A stretch of DNA of 64,000 nt from Verrucomicrobiales bacterium (GCA_047638715.1 JBLIMK010000002.1:24161-88160), one strand, 5' to 3'. Shown: positions 19,701-29,372, numbered from the stretch's first letter. Numbers and translations: made by a program. The notes: generated by a model from the letters alone, not told the origin.

Positions 19701-20441
19701 CAGTTCGGCGACTTCATCAACGGTGCCCAAATCGTCATCGATCAGTTCATCATGGCGGCGGAAGATAAATGGGGTCAGACCTCCGGCCTCGTCATGTTGC
19801 TCCCACATGGCTACGAAGGCCAAGGGCCAGAGCACTCATCGGCCCGCGTTGAACGTTTCCTGCTCCTCGCCGCCGAGGACAACGTACAGATTGCCAATGT
19901 CACAACGGCCGGGCAGCTATTCCATCTCCTGCGCCGTCAGATGCACCGCGCTGTACGCAAGCCACTCGTGGTGTTCACGCCCAAGTCGCTCCTTCGTGCC
20001 AAAACGACACGTTCGCCGATCAGCGCCCTGACCGACGGCCATTTCCACGAGACGCTCGTCGACCCCAACCCTCCAGCGGCACACGAGGTCGTGGACCTCG
20101 TGTTCGCGACCGGCAAGGTAGCGATCGATGCGATTGCGCGTCGAGATCAAACCGGAGCCAAGGCCCTCATCACCCGCGTCGAACAGCTCTATCCGTGGCC
20201 AGCCGAACAGATCGCTGCCGTCGTGGCCGCCCACCCGAACGCCACCCGAATCTGCTGGCTCCAAGAAGAACCCGAGAACATGGGGCCGTGGAACTTTGTC
20301 AAAGGCCGTCTCTACGAACGCCACGGCGACACCCACGAGATCCAACGCTTCTCGCGCCACGAGTCCGGGAGCCCATCAACAGGCTCGGCGCGGATTCACG
20401 CACAGGAACAAGAACAGCTGCTCGCCGCGGTATTCGGCTGA
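16770..20441 (+). CDS. kgd: Multifunctional 2-oxoglutarate decarboxylase/dehydrogenase (E2-like + E1 fusion)
   Basis: YDHRIIQGAESG acyltransferase domain, GMAHRGRLN, HGDAAFAGQG, GHNEGD, WEAQFGDF, PHGYEGQGPEHSS. Confidence 0.97.
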   Translation: MSSTERVDLGANAWIIDEMYREYVENPQNVSESWREFFVGYRPGSGTVMTPVSDSPAHVAQEVAAANAAPARVAPANGSAPASSPSRSPAHAAPGPRQLPDGAEPLRGVSAKIVENMEASLHVPTATSFRDVPARLLEVNRKIVNGHLGRTRGGKISFTHIIGYAVVRAIADFIPAMNNGFHEGPDGKPNIVRRQRVGLGIAIDVEKSNGQRTLMVPCIKDADLLDFAGFVDVYDDLVRRGRNGKLTLDDFNGVTVSLTNPGGIGTVQSVPRLMPGQGAIVGLGSIAYPTAFIAADPAKLAEIGISKVVTITSTYDHRIIQGAESGMFLKAIQDLIMGEHNFYEGVLETMDVPYDAVKWRRDVNPVDDAESIVERQVKVNSLVNAHRVRGHLIANLDPLGLMERNMHPELDPASYGLTIWDLEREFYVQDLLGPKASGGRSRMKLANILGIMRDAYARTVGVEYMHMADPNEKRWIQEQVEGQSYEISKESQRHILGRLNAAEALEKFLGTKYIGQKRFGIEGTESAIPVLDELLSSAADNDMTDVVIGMAHRGRLNVLVNIVGKDYSQLFEEFEGAITADAVQGSGDVKYHLGQTGTFTSRAGNSIPVTLAANPSHLEAVDPVVIGMSRAKMDATERTEGRDYPVLPLLIHGDAAFAGQGVVTETLNLSQIRGYKVGGTVHLIINNQLGFTTAPHAARSSEYSTDVAKLIQAPIFHVNADDPEACVRVAELAFKYREKFKKDVVIDMIGYRRHGHNEGDDPSYTQPLMYRAIQGRRSVRMLYTEALIKRGDLTVEEAEQALDDFRGRLQVALDTTRSADHDPNAKAAVQPDAVGVLPIADTAVDKETLDRVYTDMSRIPDDFTVHPKLASQFANRDAMYADGQVDWALGEALAYMTLLSEGISIRLSGQDSRRGTFSHRHSTLFDYTTGDEIVPMENATNGSNLWIYDSLLSEYAALGFEYGYSVERPDVLTLWEAQFGDFINGAQIVIDQFIMAAEDKWGQTSGLVMLLPHGYEGQGPEHSSARVERFLLLAAEDNVQIANVTTAGQLFHLLRRQMHRAVRKPLVVFTPKSLLRAKTTRSPISALTDGHFHETLVDPNPPAAHEVVDLVFATGKVAIDAIARRDQTGAKALITRVEQLYPWPAEQIAAVVAAHPNATRICWLQEEPENMGPWNFVKGRLYERHGDTHEIQRFSRHESGSPSTGSARIHAQEQEQLLAAVFG

Positions 20442-20462
20442 CCCGAGAACCGAACGCAGGCG

Positions 20463-22523
20463 CTAGTCGTCGGCCTCGGCCACGAGACGCAAAACATCCT
20501 CGCCGTACTGCTCGGCCTTCGCTGGCCCAATACCCGAAACCGCTAGGAGGCTCGATTTGCTCGTCGGCCGGTCGCTCGCAATGGCGTGGAGAGTTTTGTC
20601 GTTGAAGACAACGAACGCTGGCACATCGTTCGCCCGAGCAATAGACAGCCGCCACTTCTTGAGCGCCTGAAACACGGGGTCTGACTCGTCGTGTTTGAAA
20701 CGAGGTCCGCCGTTGCGAGCTGACAAACCTTTACGAACCGACGCTGCGTTCTTTGCGCTTCGAGACCGTGCGCTTCGCGGATCGTCGCCTCGAGCTGCCG
20801 CACCGATTGGGTCGAGCATCGACGATGCGCTCCGTTTGGAGACGCGGTCACCGAATCGGCGTTCTTGGGCCCAATGCAGATGCAGATCTCGTTTCGCTCT
20901 CGTAACCGCAACGTAGATAAGCCGGTGTTCCTCTTCGACAGCGTCTTCGGTCTTGGCATGACTGATTGGCGACAACCCTCGTTCCATCCCGGCGAGGTGG
21001 ACGACCTCCCACTCGAGACCCTTGGCTTGGTGAAACGTGGTGACATCGACTCGGTCGCCGCCCGAAGTCGCGGCTTCATTCGATCCGGCCTTTAGCGCCT
21101 CGACGAAGGAGTGCACGGATGCGTTTGGGTCGACCGCCAGGTGGTCGCGACCGAGGCGGATGAACGCTTCGAGCAATTGACGTCGCTCCGAGCCCTCTTC
21201 GATACGGCCGGGCTGCACCTCTGCGGTGCCTTCGAGAGCCTGGGGTAGGACTCCCGCATCGTCATGGGTATCTTCATCTTCCTCGGGGACCGCGAGTCGG
21301 TGCGCTAGATCGTCGAGTGATGCCGAGAGCGGCAAGCCCAGTCGACGCATTTGGTCGATCGCGTCGAGCACCTCAGGGCGTTCGATCAGCTTTCCGTCGC
21401 TGCGAGCGTTAACCGGCACCTGTGCATCGGCGAGGGCACCGGCGAGGAGAGCGACCTGTGCGTTCGTTCGTACGAGAACCGCCATATCTCGCCACCGCGT
21501 CTTTGCGGTGTGTTTGTTTCGAAGCGCGCGAGCTATCGCCTTGGCCTCGGAGCGATCGTCGGTGTGGTTGGAGATCGACGGGGCTGGGCCGCTCGGCAGC
21601 GTGGGAGCAAGCGCATCGTGTGTAGGTAGTACCGCCGAGGCGCATCGGAGAATCTCGGGCGTCGAGCGATAGTTCTGTCGAAGCGCAACCGACTTCGCTC
21701 CGGGAAAGTGCTCATCGAAGTTGTCGAGGTACGACGAGTCGGCGCCATTCCATGCATAGATCGCCTGACGAGAATCACCCACGACGCAAAGATCGGGCTC
21801 CGGGCCAATGAAGACCTTGAGCAACGCGAATTGCAGGGGGTTCACATCTTGGAACTCGTCGACGAAGACATGACGGAACGACCAGCGAAAGGCCTCGGCC
21901 GCGTTTCGGTCCCGTTGAAGCATGCGGCCACACATGATAAGAATGTCGTCGAAGTCGATCAGATTTCGCTTCGCCTTCGCCGCTTCGTAGTCCTCATAGA
22001 CACGGGCGACACGCTCGGGCTCCATTGGAGGCTTGCGACCGTTCGCTTCCGCAGCCTCGGCATAATCGTCGGGAAGAATGCGCCGAGCCTTCGCCCACTC
22101 GATTTCCGAGACGAGATCGAGGGGAGTGGTTCGGTCGCTCACCCGTGGGACAAGGCGCGCTACGAAGCCGACCTTGCGATCGAGAAGTGTTGGCGCTTTC
22201 TCTCCTCGCTCCTCCCACTTCTGGCGTAGTTGTGCGAGCGCGATGGCGTGAAAAGTGCCCGCAGCGGCGGACTGACGAAGCCCGAGCTGGCGGAGTCGAT
22301 GGTTTAGCTCGCCTGCCGCCTTGCGGGTGAACGTGAGCGCGAGGACTCGCCGAGGATCGAGGAGGTCGTTGACTGCGCCGTAGGCGATGCGGCGTGTCAG
22401 AACGCGCGTCTTGCCGGAGCCCGCGCCCGCACGTATGACGAGCACCCGAGCATCGCTGGTGACCGCAGTTCGTTGTTCATCGTTCAGGCCCGCGAGGATC
22501 TGGGCGGAGGCAGCATCGTCCAC
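20463..22523 (-). CDS. uvrD2: ATP-dependent DNA helicase UvrD2 with C-terminal HRDC domain
   Basis: AGAGSGKT, VDEFQD, VGD.RQAIY, NYRS, HQAKGLEW, YVAVTRA, HRDC (VPAFVVFND...GIGPAK). Confidence 0.92.
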   Translation of the reverse strand: MDDAASAQILAGLNDEQRTAVTSDARVLVIRAGAGSGKTRVLTRRIAYGAVNDLLDPRRVLALTFTRKAAGELNHRLRQLGLRQSAAAGTFHAIALAQLRQKWEERGEKAPTLLDRKVGFVARLVPRVSDRTTPLDLVSEIEWAKARRILPDDYAEAAEANGRKPPMEPERVARVYEDYEAAKAKRNLIDFDDILIMCGRMLQRDRNAAEAFRWSFRHVFVDEFQDVNPLQFALLKVFIGPEPDLCVVGDSRQAIYAWNGADSSYLDNFDEHFPGAKSVALRQNYRSTPEILRCASAVLPTHDALAPTLPSGPAPSISNHTDDRSEAKAIARALRNKHTAKTRWRDMAVLVRTNAQVALLAGALADAQVPVNARSDGKLIERPEVLDAIDQMRRLGLPLSASLDDLAHRLAVPEEDEDTHDDAGVLPQALEGTAEVQPGRIEEGSERRQLLEAFIRLGRDHLAVDPNASVHSFVEALKAGSNEAATSGGDRVDVTTFHQAKGLEWEVVHLAGMERGLSPISHAKTEDAVEEEHRLIYVAVTRAKRDLHLHWAQERRFGDRVSKRSASSMLDPIGAAARGDDPRSARSRSAKNAASVRKGLSARNGGPRFKHDESDPVFQALKKWRLSIARANDVPAFVVFNDKTLHAIASDRPTSKSSLLAVSGIGPAKAEQYGEDVLRLVAEADD

Positions 22524-22591
22524 GAAACGACACTACCGACAGGGTGTGACGTTCGGTGCAGAGACCGAGCTGCGCGCTAACATCGCCGGTT

Positions 22592-23233
22592 ATGGGATTC
22601 TCTCCAGATCTTCTGAGCGACGACGAAGAAGTCGTCGTCGACATGCATCCACATTGGTGGACGATGGTGCCGATCAGCGCGCTCCTCGCCGTCGTGGTCG
22701 TCGGTGGGCTGGCGTTACTCGCCAAAGGTGGCGATAGCTCGCTGTGGATCGCCGGCCAGATCATCGCTGGGCTGCTTCTGCTCGCAATCCTTCCCATGTT
22801 CGCAATCCGTTATGCGAAGTGGGTCACCACCGAGTTCGTGGTCACCACCGAGCGCGTGATCTCGCGCAGGGGCGTATTTGCTAAGAACGGCATCGAGATC
22901 CCGCTCGACCGCATCAACACGGTGTTCTTCGAACAGACCGCATTCGAACGCCTGGCAGGCTCGGGTGACCTCGGGATCGAAAGCGCGGGGGAGGGCGGCC
23001 GTCAGACCTTCACCAACATTCGTAGGCCAAACATGGTGCAGGCCGAGATCTATGCCCAGAAGGAGCGGTTCGAGGATCGCCGCCTGGAACGGATTGGCCA
23101 GGCGAGCGCCGGAGCTCGAGCGGCGGCCAGCATTCCCGATCAGATCGCCAAGCTCGACGAACTTCGCAACAACGGCATCGTGACCGACGCGGAGTTCGAA
23201 GCAAAGAAAGCCGAACTCCTCAAACGGATGTAG
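22592..23233 (+). CDS. Membrane protein with bacterial PH domain and C-terminal SHOCT domain
   Basis: HPHW, two TM helices, VTTERVI.R.GV, IPLDRIN, G.GDL.IESAG; LDELR..GIVTDAEFEAKKAELL. Confidence 0.85.
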   Translation: MGFSPDLLSDDEEVVVDMHPHWWTMVPISALLAVVVVGGLALLAKGGDSSLWIAGQIIAGLLLLAILPMFAIRYAKWVTTEFVVTTERVISRRGVFAKNGIEIPLDRINTVFFEQTAFERLAGSGDLGIESAGEGGRQTFTNIRRPNMVQAEIYAQKERFEDRRLERIGQASAGARAAASIPDQIAKLDELRNNGIVTDAEFEAKKAELLKRM

Positions 23234-23309
23234 TGCCATTCGGCTCCGACATGGGCCAGACTCTAGCCATGAGGACGGAGCCGATCGACGGCCCGGAAAG
23301 AGGTTTGCG

Positions 23310-24149
23310 ATGCCGTTGGTCGAAGCTGAAGGTAGGTCGCTCTATGCGGAGTCCTTCGGGCTGTCAGACGACCCACCGCTGCTACTGATCAGCGGTCTGA
23401 CGAGCCAACTGACCTCCTGGCCGGTCGCCCTCTGTGAAGCGTTTGTCGACCGTGGATTCTTCGTCATGCGCTTCGACAACCGCGACGTAGGTCTGTCGAC
23501 GAACTTCACCGGGAGAGAGCCGTACACGCTTTCCGACATGGCGGACGATTGCGTCGAGGTGCTCGACTTCTTCGCCGCGTCGCCAGCTCACATCCTCGGC
23601 GCGTCGATGGGCGGGATGATCGCGCAAACCTTGGCGATCGATCACCCCGAGGTCGTCGCGTCGTTGACATCGCTGATGTCCAGCACCCGCCCGTTCGAAG
23701 CGCGCGACTACTCCGCAGAAGAACTCGAAGAACTCGTGAGTCTTATGTTGACCGAACCCCAATCGCGAAGCGAGGCTGAAGAAGCCGGCGTGCGAGGCAA
23801 AGAGGTGTGGGGGACCGTCGATACCTGGGACGCGGGCGAATACGCCACCTACTGCGGTGACAACTTCGACCGGGCGCCACTCAACGGCGGGGGCGATCGC
23901 CAATACGCCGCCATCGTGGCATCGGGCGACCGCGAAGATGCGCTCGCACGCCTCGACGTGCCCACCCTGGTCCTTCACGGCGGAGCAGATGCCCTGATCG
24001 ACCCGGAGAGAGGTCGCCACACCGCCGACGTCATACCAAACTCCACCTACGTCGAGATCGACGACATGAACCACGACCTGCCGATGACAGAATGGCCTCA
24101 GATCGTTCAGCTGTTCACTATGCATGCTTCGCAAGCGGGTGGCGCCTGA
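23310..24149 (+). CDS. Alpha/beta hydrolase
   Basis: RFDNRDVGLS, GASMGG nucleophile elbow, LHGGAD, MNHDLP. Confidence 0.9.
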   Translation: MPLVEAEGRSLYAESFGLSDDPPLLLISGLTSQLTSWPVALCEAFVDRGFFVMRFDNRDVGLSTNFTGREPYTLSDMADDCVEVLDFFAASPAHILGASMGGMIAQTLAIDHPEVVASLTSLMSSTRPFEARDYSAEELEELVSLMLTEPQSRSEAEEAGVRGKEVWGTVDTWDAGEYATYCGDNFDRAPLNGGGDRQYAAIVASGDREDALARLDVPTLVLHGGADALIDPERGRHTADVIPNSTYVEIDDMNHDLPMTEWPQIVQLFTMHASQAGGA

Positions 24150-25294
24150 TGCCGGGACCGCTCGAAGGCGTGAAGGTCGTCGAGTTGGCTGGGCTCGGGC
24201 CAGGGCCCTTCGCTGCGATGATGCTCGCCGACATGGGTGCCGACGTCATCAAGGTCGACCGGGCGAGCGCTTCCCGCGGAGGGAACCCCGACGCTCCGCC
24301 GGCAGACGTTCTGCATCGGAATCGTCAGTCGATCGGCGTCGACCTCAAACATCCCGATGGCGTCGAAGCCGTCCTGCGCCTGATCGATCAATCAGACATC
24401 TTGATCGAAGGCTTTCGTCCCGGCGTGTGCGAGCGACTGGGCATCGGTCCCGAGGTCTGCATCAAGAGAAACCCCAAGCTCGTGTTCGGCAGGATTACCG
24501 GTTGGGGTCAGGACGGCCCTATGGCTCCTCGCGTCGGGCACGACATCAACTACATCGCGCTCTCGGGAACACTGTCGATGATCGGCCGGGCCAATGAACG
24601 TCCCGTCCCACCGGTCAACTTCGTCGGAGACTTTGGCGGCGGTGGAATGTTGCTCGCCTTCGGTGTCATGGCAGCGCTCACGAACGCCCGGACAACAGGG
24701 ATGGGCCAGGTCGTCGACGCGGCGATGGTCGATGGCGCGGCGCTGCTCGCATCGATGATTTACGGCATGCGGGCCATGGGAATGTGGGGCGGAGGTCGCG
24801 GCGGCAACATGCTCGACACCGGAGCTCACTTCTACGACATCTATGAGACCGCAGACCACAAGTACGTCTCGATCGGCAGCATCGAACCTCAGTTTTTTGC
24901 CGAGCTCCTCGAACGGCTTGAACTCGACCCCGAGTCGATGCCCAACCAGCACGATGCGACACGATGGGCCGAGTCAAAGCAGATCATCGAGGCTCGAATC
25001 GCATCGAAGACACGCGACGAATGGGACGTCATCTTCGAGGGGGCAGATGCGTGTTACGCACCGGTGCTGGAGCCAGACGAAGCGATTCGCCATCCACACA
25101 ACGTTGACCGAGGAACGTTCGTGAACGTCGCTGGAGTCGACCAACCAGCCCCAGCACCCCGATTCGGCCGGACACCAGCCGCCACACCGAGTCCACCCGC
25201 TCATGCAGGGCAACACACCGATGAAGCCATGGCCCGATGGGGTTTCTCAGCCATCGAGCTGCATTCGTTGCGAGACGCCAAAGCCATCGCGTGA
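24149..25294 (+). CDS. CaiB/BaiF CoA-transferase family protein (alpha-methylacyl-CoA racemase-like)
   Basis: GPLEGVKVVELAGLGPGPF, EGFRPGV.ERLG, GHDINY, GDFGGGG, QPAPAPRF. Confidence 0.92.
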   Translation: MPGPLEGVKVVELAGLGPGPFAAMMLADMGADVIKVDRASASRGGNPDAPPADVLHRNRQSIGVDLKHPDGVEAVLRLIDQSDILIEGFRPGVCERLGIGPEVCIKRNPKLVFGRITGWGQDGPMAPRVGHDINYIALSGTLSMIGRANERPVPPVNFVGDFGGGGMLLAFGVMAALTNARTTGMGQVVDAAMVDGAALLASMIYGMRAMGMWGGGRGGNMLDTGAHFYDIYETADHKYVSIGSIEPQFFAELLERLELDPESMPNQHDATRWAESKQIIEARIASKTRDEWDVIFEGADACYAPVLEPDEAIRHPHNVDRGTFVNVAGVDQPAPAPRFGRTPAATPSPPAHAGQHTDEAMARWGFSAIELHSLRDAKAIA

Positions 25295-25662
25295 GCACGG
25301 TCACGTCGCTGCACAACGCGCTGGCGTGGGCGGTCATCTTCGTCGGGGGGTTCGCCGGCGTATGGGCCACGGCGGCGCACTGGGTAGAGCCGCTCCGCAC
25401 GAGAACGATGTGGATGGCTCAACACGTGTTCCACGCGCTGGTAGCGGTCCAAGTCGCGTTCGGGGCCGTCATTGTTGGATTCAGCGACGTCGACGTGGAC
25501 CAGAACCACATGTTCTATGGCTTCCTGACCTTCGCTGGCGTTGGCCTGATCATCGGCTATCGACACCTAAGTGCATACCGGTACCTCCTTTACGGACTCG
25601 GTGGCCTATTCGTTATGGGCCTTGCAATTCGTGCGTTACTGCTGAGTCCGCTCGCTGTCTGA
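25291..25662 (+). CDS. Small 4-TM membrane protein
   Basis: Hydrophobic ORF with GTG overlapping the upstream stop; HMFYG motif. Confidence 0.7.
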   Translation: MSTVTSLHNALAWAVIFVGGFAGVWATAAHWVEPLRTRTMWMAQHVFHALVAVQVAFGAVIVGFSDVDVDQNHMFYGFLTFAGVGLIIGYRHLSAYRYLLYGLGGLFVMGLAIRALLLSPLAV

Positions 25663-25739
25663 ACATTTTGCCTCGCTCTCAGTTCTTCGTGAGCCGCTCG
25701 GCTGAGTACTCTCCGGAAACACGAATACGCGGGGGTCGC

Positions 25740-26153
25740 ATGGCCAAAGAAACTGACAAGCAACTGGCGGACGCATTGAAGCGCGTTCCGTTGTTCAGCG
25801 CTACATCACTCAAGCAGCGACTCGTACTCGCCAACTTGGGCCAGGTCATCAAGTGGGCCGATGGCAAAGAGGGAGTTGTGGCCGGCTCGAAAGGCGCAGC
25901 TTTCTACCTCATTCTTGAAGGTGGCGTTGAGGTCGAACAGGACGGCAGCGTTGTTGCCCGGCTGCGCGAGAACGACTTCTTCGGTGAGATGGCCCTCCTG
26001 ACCGGCAAGAAGCGCAATGCCTCGGTTACTGCCACCAGCGACGCGAGACTCTTCGCATTGAGCCGTCCCGCATTCGCCGGGATGATCAAGAAGAACCCAG
26101 AGATTTCTCTCAGCGTTCTTGAGGCTATGGCACTGCGCCAATCCTCGATGTAA
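25740..26153 (+). CDS. Stand-alone cyclic nucleotide-binding domain protein
   Basis: LKRVPLFS, FYLILEG.VEV, FFGEMALL....RNASV.A; ATG 25740. Confidence 0.85.
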   Translation: MAKETDKQLADALKRVPLFSATSLKQRLVLANLGQVIKWADGKEGVVAGSKGAAFYLILEGGVEVEQDGSVVARLRENDFFGEMALLTGKKRNASVTATSDARLFALSRPAFAGMIKKNPEISLSVLEAMALRQSSM

Positions 26154-26837
26154 CTACATCTCGACTAGAGCGCCTCGAAGAATGCTGCGGCCGCTGTGGT
26201 TTGGGTTGCCATCGTCGGGTTCGATCGAAAGGTCGACCAGTGTGTAGAGGTTCGGGTCGATACCGGCTGGCCAGTCCCAGACGGTGTCGCCGGGCTCGAC
26301 GACACCAAGTGAGTGCATGCCGGACATATCTGGCCTAATCAGCCACAGCTCGACTGGCTCATTGCTCGGAAGCTCGCCATCGAAGATGATCTCGAGCGTT
26401 GGCGAGTCGTCGACGCTTACGGTCGCGGTGGCAGCACCATCGAACGCTTCGGGCAGCTCCACATTCGTCGCCTCAGCCACGAATGTGGTCGCCTCAGCCA
26501 CGAATGTGATGGTGTCGTTGGTGGTGTCGTCTCCGCGGGTTATAGACGGCGCGACGACGAACAGCAGAGCCAAGGCCGCTCCGGCGAGAAGAAGGCTGCG
26601 TCGATGAGAACGTCGTGAGGCTGGAGCCCTCGTGTTGCGCTCGGTGTTGAGATCGATGATCGCTTCAGGCGGAACGATCGGATCGGTGTCGTCAGCGTTT
26701 CTGTTTGTGTCGTTGCCGATCCCAATCGATGCGGCGATGTTGCCCCAAATCGCTGGTGGTGGGGTGTGGCGAACCCGATCAGCTTCGGACACTGCCCTAC
26801 TGAGAGCCGCCCATTCCTCCACTTCATGATCAGCCAT
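26154..26837 (-). CDS. RskA-like anti-sigma factor
   Basis: PPPAIW..I, one TM helix, ELWLI, VDLSIEP.DG.P.HSG.SILRG; directly downstream of an ECF sigma. Confidence 0.85.
   Translation of the reverse strand: MADHEVEEWAALSRAVSEADRVRHTPPPAIWGNIAASIGIGNDTNRNADDTDPIVPPEAIIDLNTERNTRAPASRRSHRRSLLLAGAALALLFVVAPSITRGDDTTNDTITFVAEATTFVAEATNVELPEAFDGAATATVSVDDSPTLEIIFDGELPSNEPVELWLIRPDMSGMHSLGVVEPGDTVWDWPAGIDPNLYTLVDLSIEPDDGNPNHSGRSILRGALVEM
26467..26508. repeat. Perfect 21-bp tandem duplication in the anti-sigma gene (TFVAEAT x2)
   Basis: GTCGCCTCAGCCACGAATGTG twice, in frame. Confidence 0.9.
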
Positions 26838-27411
26838 GGATGTACCCCAATCGGTGTCGTAGCCGATCGAGACTTCGACGGACGTCGCTCTTTACAGTGC
26901 CCAGAGGAATTCCTGTCCGCGCCGCAATCTCCACATGAGTCAGATCGTCGAAAAAGGCCATAGAAATGACATTGCGAGCTCGATCCGGAAGCTCGTCGAT
27001 CGCTTCGACAAGCAGCATTCGGAGGGTGAGGTTCTCGAGCTCCTGTTCGCTCGGTTGAGGGGTTTGCGGTGTGTTCTTGACTTTGTCAACTCGCCGGTCT
27101 TCGCGAGCGAGCGCGCGGAAATGGTCGATGACCTTGTTGCGCGTGATCCCGGCTAGCCACGGCCCAAGCCCGCCACGAGTTGTGTCGTAGCGTTCCCGAT
27201 TCCGCCACGCAGCGATGAACACCTCTTGGGTAATATCGGCAGCTGCAGCCTCGTCGACCGAACGACGACACACCGAGTAGACGAACGTTCCGTATACGTC
27301 GTAGACCGTGCGCAGGACGCGTTCGTCACCGGTGGCGAAGGACGACTCGAGCGGAGTCGGTTTTATCGGCGATTCGTCTTCGCGTGTTTCGGGTGGGGCC
27401 AAGAGGGTCAT
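26830..27411 (-). CDS. ECF sigma-70 factor, SigK-like
   Basis: DITQEVFIAAW, WL.GI.RNK.ID, LTH.EIA..TGIPLGTVKSD.RR.L. Confidence 0.9.
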   Translation of the reverse strand: MTLLAPPETREDESPIKPTPLESSFATGDERVLRTVYDVYGTFVYSVCRRSVDEAAAADITQEVFIAAWRNRERYDTTRGGLGPWLAGITRNKVIDHFRALAREDRRVDKVKNTPQTPQPSEQELENLTLRMLLVEAIDELPDRARNVISMAFFDDLTHVEIAARTGIPLGTVKSDVRRSLDRLRHRLGYIHG

Positions 27412-27569
27412 TCTCCGGTGATACGGAATCTGTGGATCGCACAGATGCACGCTGGACAAGTTATTCGATCAGCCGATGACGCGCTGGGAGGCGTCTGTTA
27501 GATATGACGCACTGGGAGGCACCTCTTGGGTAAGCGCGGTGGCCGTGTATCACCAGACCGGACAGCGGT

Positions 27570-27630
27570 ATCAAAATTAATGATGAGATTGTGTCCAATA
27601 ATCTCTTTTCAGGATGTATACATTTTGGTA
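27570..27630. promoter_or_regulatory. AT-rich promoter region upstream of pckA with two palindromes
   Basis: GAGATTGT-N5-ATAATCTC (27585-27605) and ATGTATACAT (27614-27623). Confidence 0.55.
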
Positions 27631-27716
27631 CGAAGTAGAGGAGCGTGCCGTTACCAACGACGGCGCCCGGGTCTTCGGCGATGAAAATCGTCTCTGACCT
27701 GCCGATGAGGAGAACT

Positions 27717-29372
27717 ATGACCACCGTCTCACAACAACTCTCGAACCAGTTCGGACTCACGACCCCGAATCTGCAGATAGGGCTCAGCCAAGACGAGCTC
27801 TTCCACGCAGCGATCGCAAACGACCGTGGGCGCGTCAGCCTCGATGGCGGCGACAACGAACAAAAGGCGTTCCCGACGTCGCTCGGCGTCGACGGTCCGC
27901 TCGTCTATTTCAGCGACCCGACCTGCACTGGCCGACCCGTCAAAGACACCTTCGCCGTCGCCCGACCAGAGGTGATCGACACCATCTGGTGGAAGCCAGG
28001 CTTCGCCCAGTTCGATCCAAAGAGGTTCGACACCCTGCTCGCTCGCGTGATCGAGCACCTCAACGAGCGCGAATCCACGCTCTACGTCACCGACGTGTTC
28101 TGTGGCTGGGATCCAGAATTCGCCGAGCCGTATCGCTTCGTCGGCGAATTCGCGACACATGCGTACTTCTGCAACATCATGTTCCCTAGCAACGTGCGAG
28201 AAGACAGCGATCGTCCCGAAGCTGGCTGGACCATCGTCAACGTGCCCTCGTTCCGAGCCGACCCCGAACGGGACGGGACGAACTCCGACCGCGGCGTCAT
28301 CATGGACATCGCGAACCGCGTCGCACTCGTCATTGGTCGGGCCGACTATTGCGGCATCAACAAGAAGACCATGTTCACGGTCATGAACTACGTGCTTCCA
28401 GAAGCAGGCCAGCTCACAATGCACTGCTCCGCCAACGTTGGCGCCAACGGCGATTCGGCTATCCTTTTCGGCCTCTCCGGCACTGGCAAGACCACGTTGT
28501 CCGCAGACCCCGATCGCCTCCTCATCGGCGACGACGAGCACGTCTGGACCGACGCTGGCATCGCCAACTTCGAAGACGGTTGCTACGCGAAACTCATCGA
28601 TCTCAACAAGACGAATGAGCCCGTCATCGCTGCAGCTATGTCGATGAAGGGCACGCTCATCGAGAACGTTCCGCCCCTGCACGATAAACCGCTCGAAGAA
28701 ACCGATCCGCAGGAGCTTGACCTCACGGACGGATCGATCACTGAGAACACCCGCTTTGCCTATGGGTTGAACTGCAACCCGGGCGTCGCTGACGGAGCGA
28801 AAGGTCCACATCCCGAAACGATCGTGCTACTCACCGCCGACGCGTTCGGTGTGCTTCCCCCAGTATCGATTCTCGACACCGCAGAGGTCATGTACCACTT
28901 CGTGATGGGGTTTACGTCCAAACTCGCCGGAACCGAGGTTGGTGTCACCGAGCCGCGAGCAGCGTTCTCAGCCTGCTTTGGCGATCCATTCATGAGTCAG
29001 AAGCCTGCGGTCTACGCCGAGCTGCTCGCATCACGGATGAACGACCACGAGACCAGATGCATCCTGTTGAACACCGGCTGGAGCGGCGGGTCGTACGGCA
29101 AGGGTGAACGAATGTCGCTCGGCGTCACCCGTACCCTGTTGAACGCGGCACTGAACGGCGAACTCGATTCGGTCGAGACGGTCGTACAAGAGCAGTTGGG
29201 TCTTCGCATTCCGGTCGCGGTCGACGGCGTCGATTCCAACATCTTGAACCCCCGAAACACGTGGGACGACCCCGCGGTGTACGACGTCGCCGCAGCAAAA
29301 CTCCGCGACCTCTTCCGCTCGCAGTTCGCCGAGAAGGGTTATGCCGAGCTCGGCATCGAACCAAAGATGTAA
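27717..29372 (+). CDS. pckA: Phosphoenolpyruvate carboxykinase (ATP)
   Basis: MHCSAN, FGLSGTGKTTLS, IGDDEH, GCYAK, TENTR, DAFGVLPPVS, LNTGW; SD GAGGAG before ATG 27717. Confidence 0.95.
   Translation: MTTVSQQLSNQFGLTTPNLQIGLSQDELFHAAIANDRGRVSLDGGDNEQKAFPTSLGVDGPLVYFSDPTCTGRPVKDTFAVARPEVIDTIWWKPGFAQFDPKRFDTLLARVIEHLNERESTLYVTDVFCGWDPEFAEPYRFVGEFATHAYFCNIMFPSNVREDSDRPEAGWTIVNVPSFRADPERDGTNSDRGVIMDIANRVALVIGRADYCGINKKTMFTVMNYVLPEAGQLTMHCSANVGANGDSAILFGLSGTGKTTLSADPDRLLIGDDEHVWTDAGIANFEDGCYAKLIDLNKTNEPVIAAAMSMKGTLIENVPPLHDKPLEETDPQELDLTDGSITENTRFAYGLNCNPGVADGAKGPHPETIVLLTADAFGVLPPVSILDTAEVMYHFVMGFTSKLAGTEVGVTEPRAAFSACFGDPFMSQKPAVYAELLASRMNDHETRCILLNTGWSGGSYGKGERMSLGVTRTLLNAALNGELDSVETVVQEQLGLRIPVAVDGVDSNILNPRNTWDDPAVYDVAAAKLRDLFRSQFAEKGYAELGIEPKM

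Noticed and set aside
25203..25739. Long N-terminal extension of the cNMP-binding ORF
   Set aside because: Overlaps the CoA-transferase end and the membrane protein gene; the domain starts at ATG 25740
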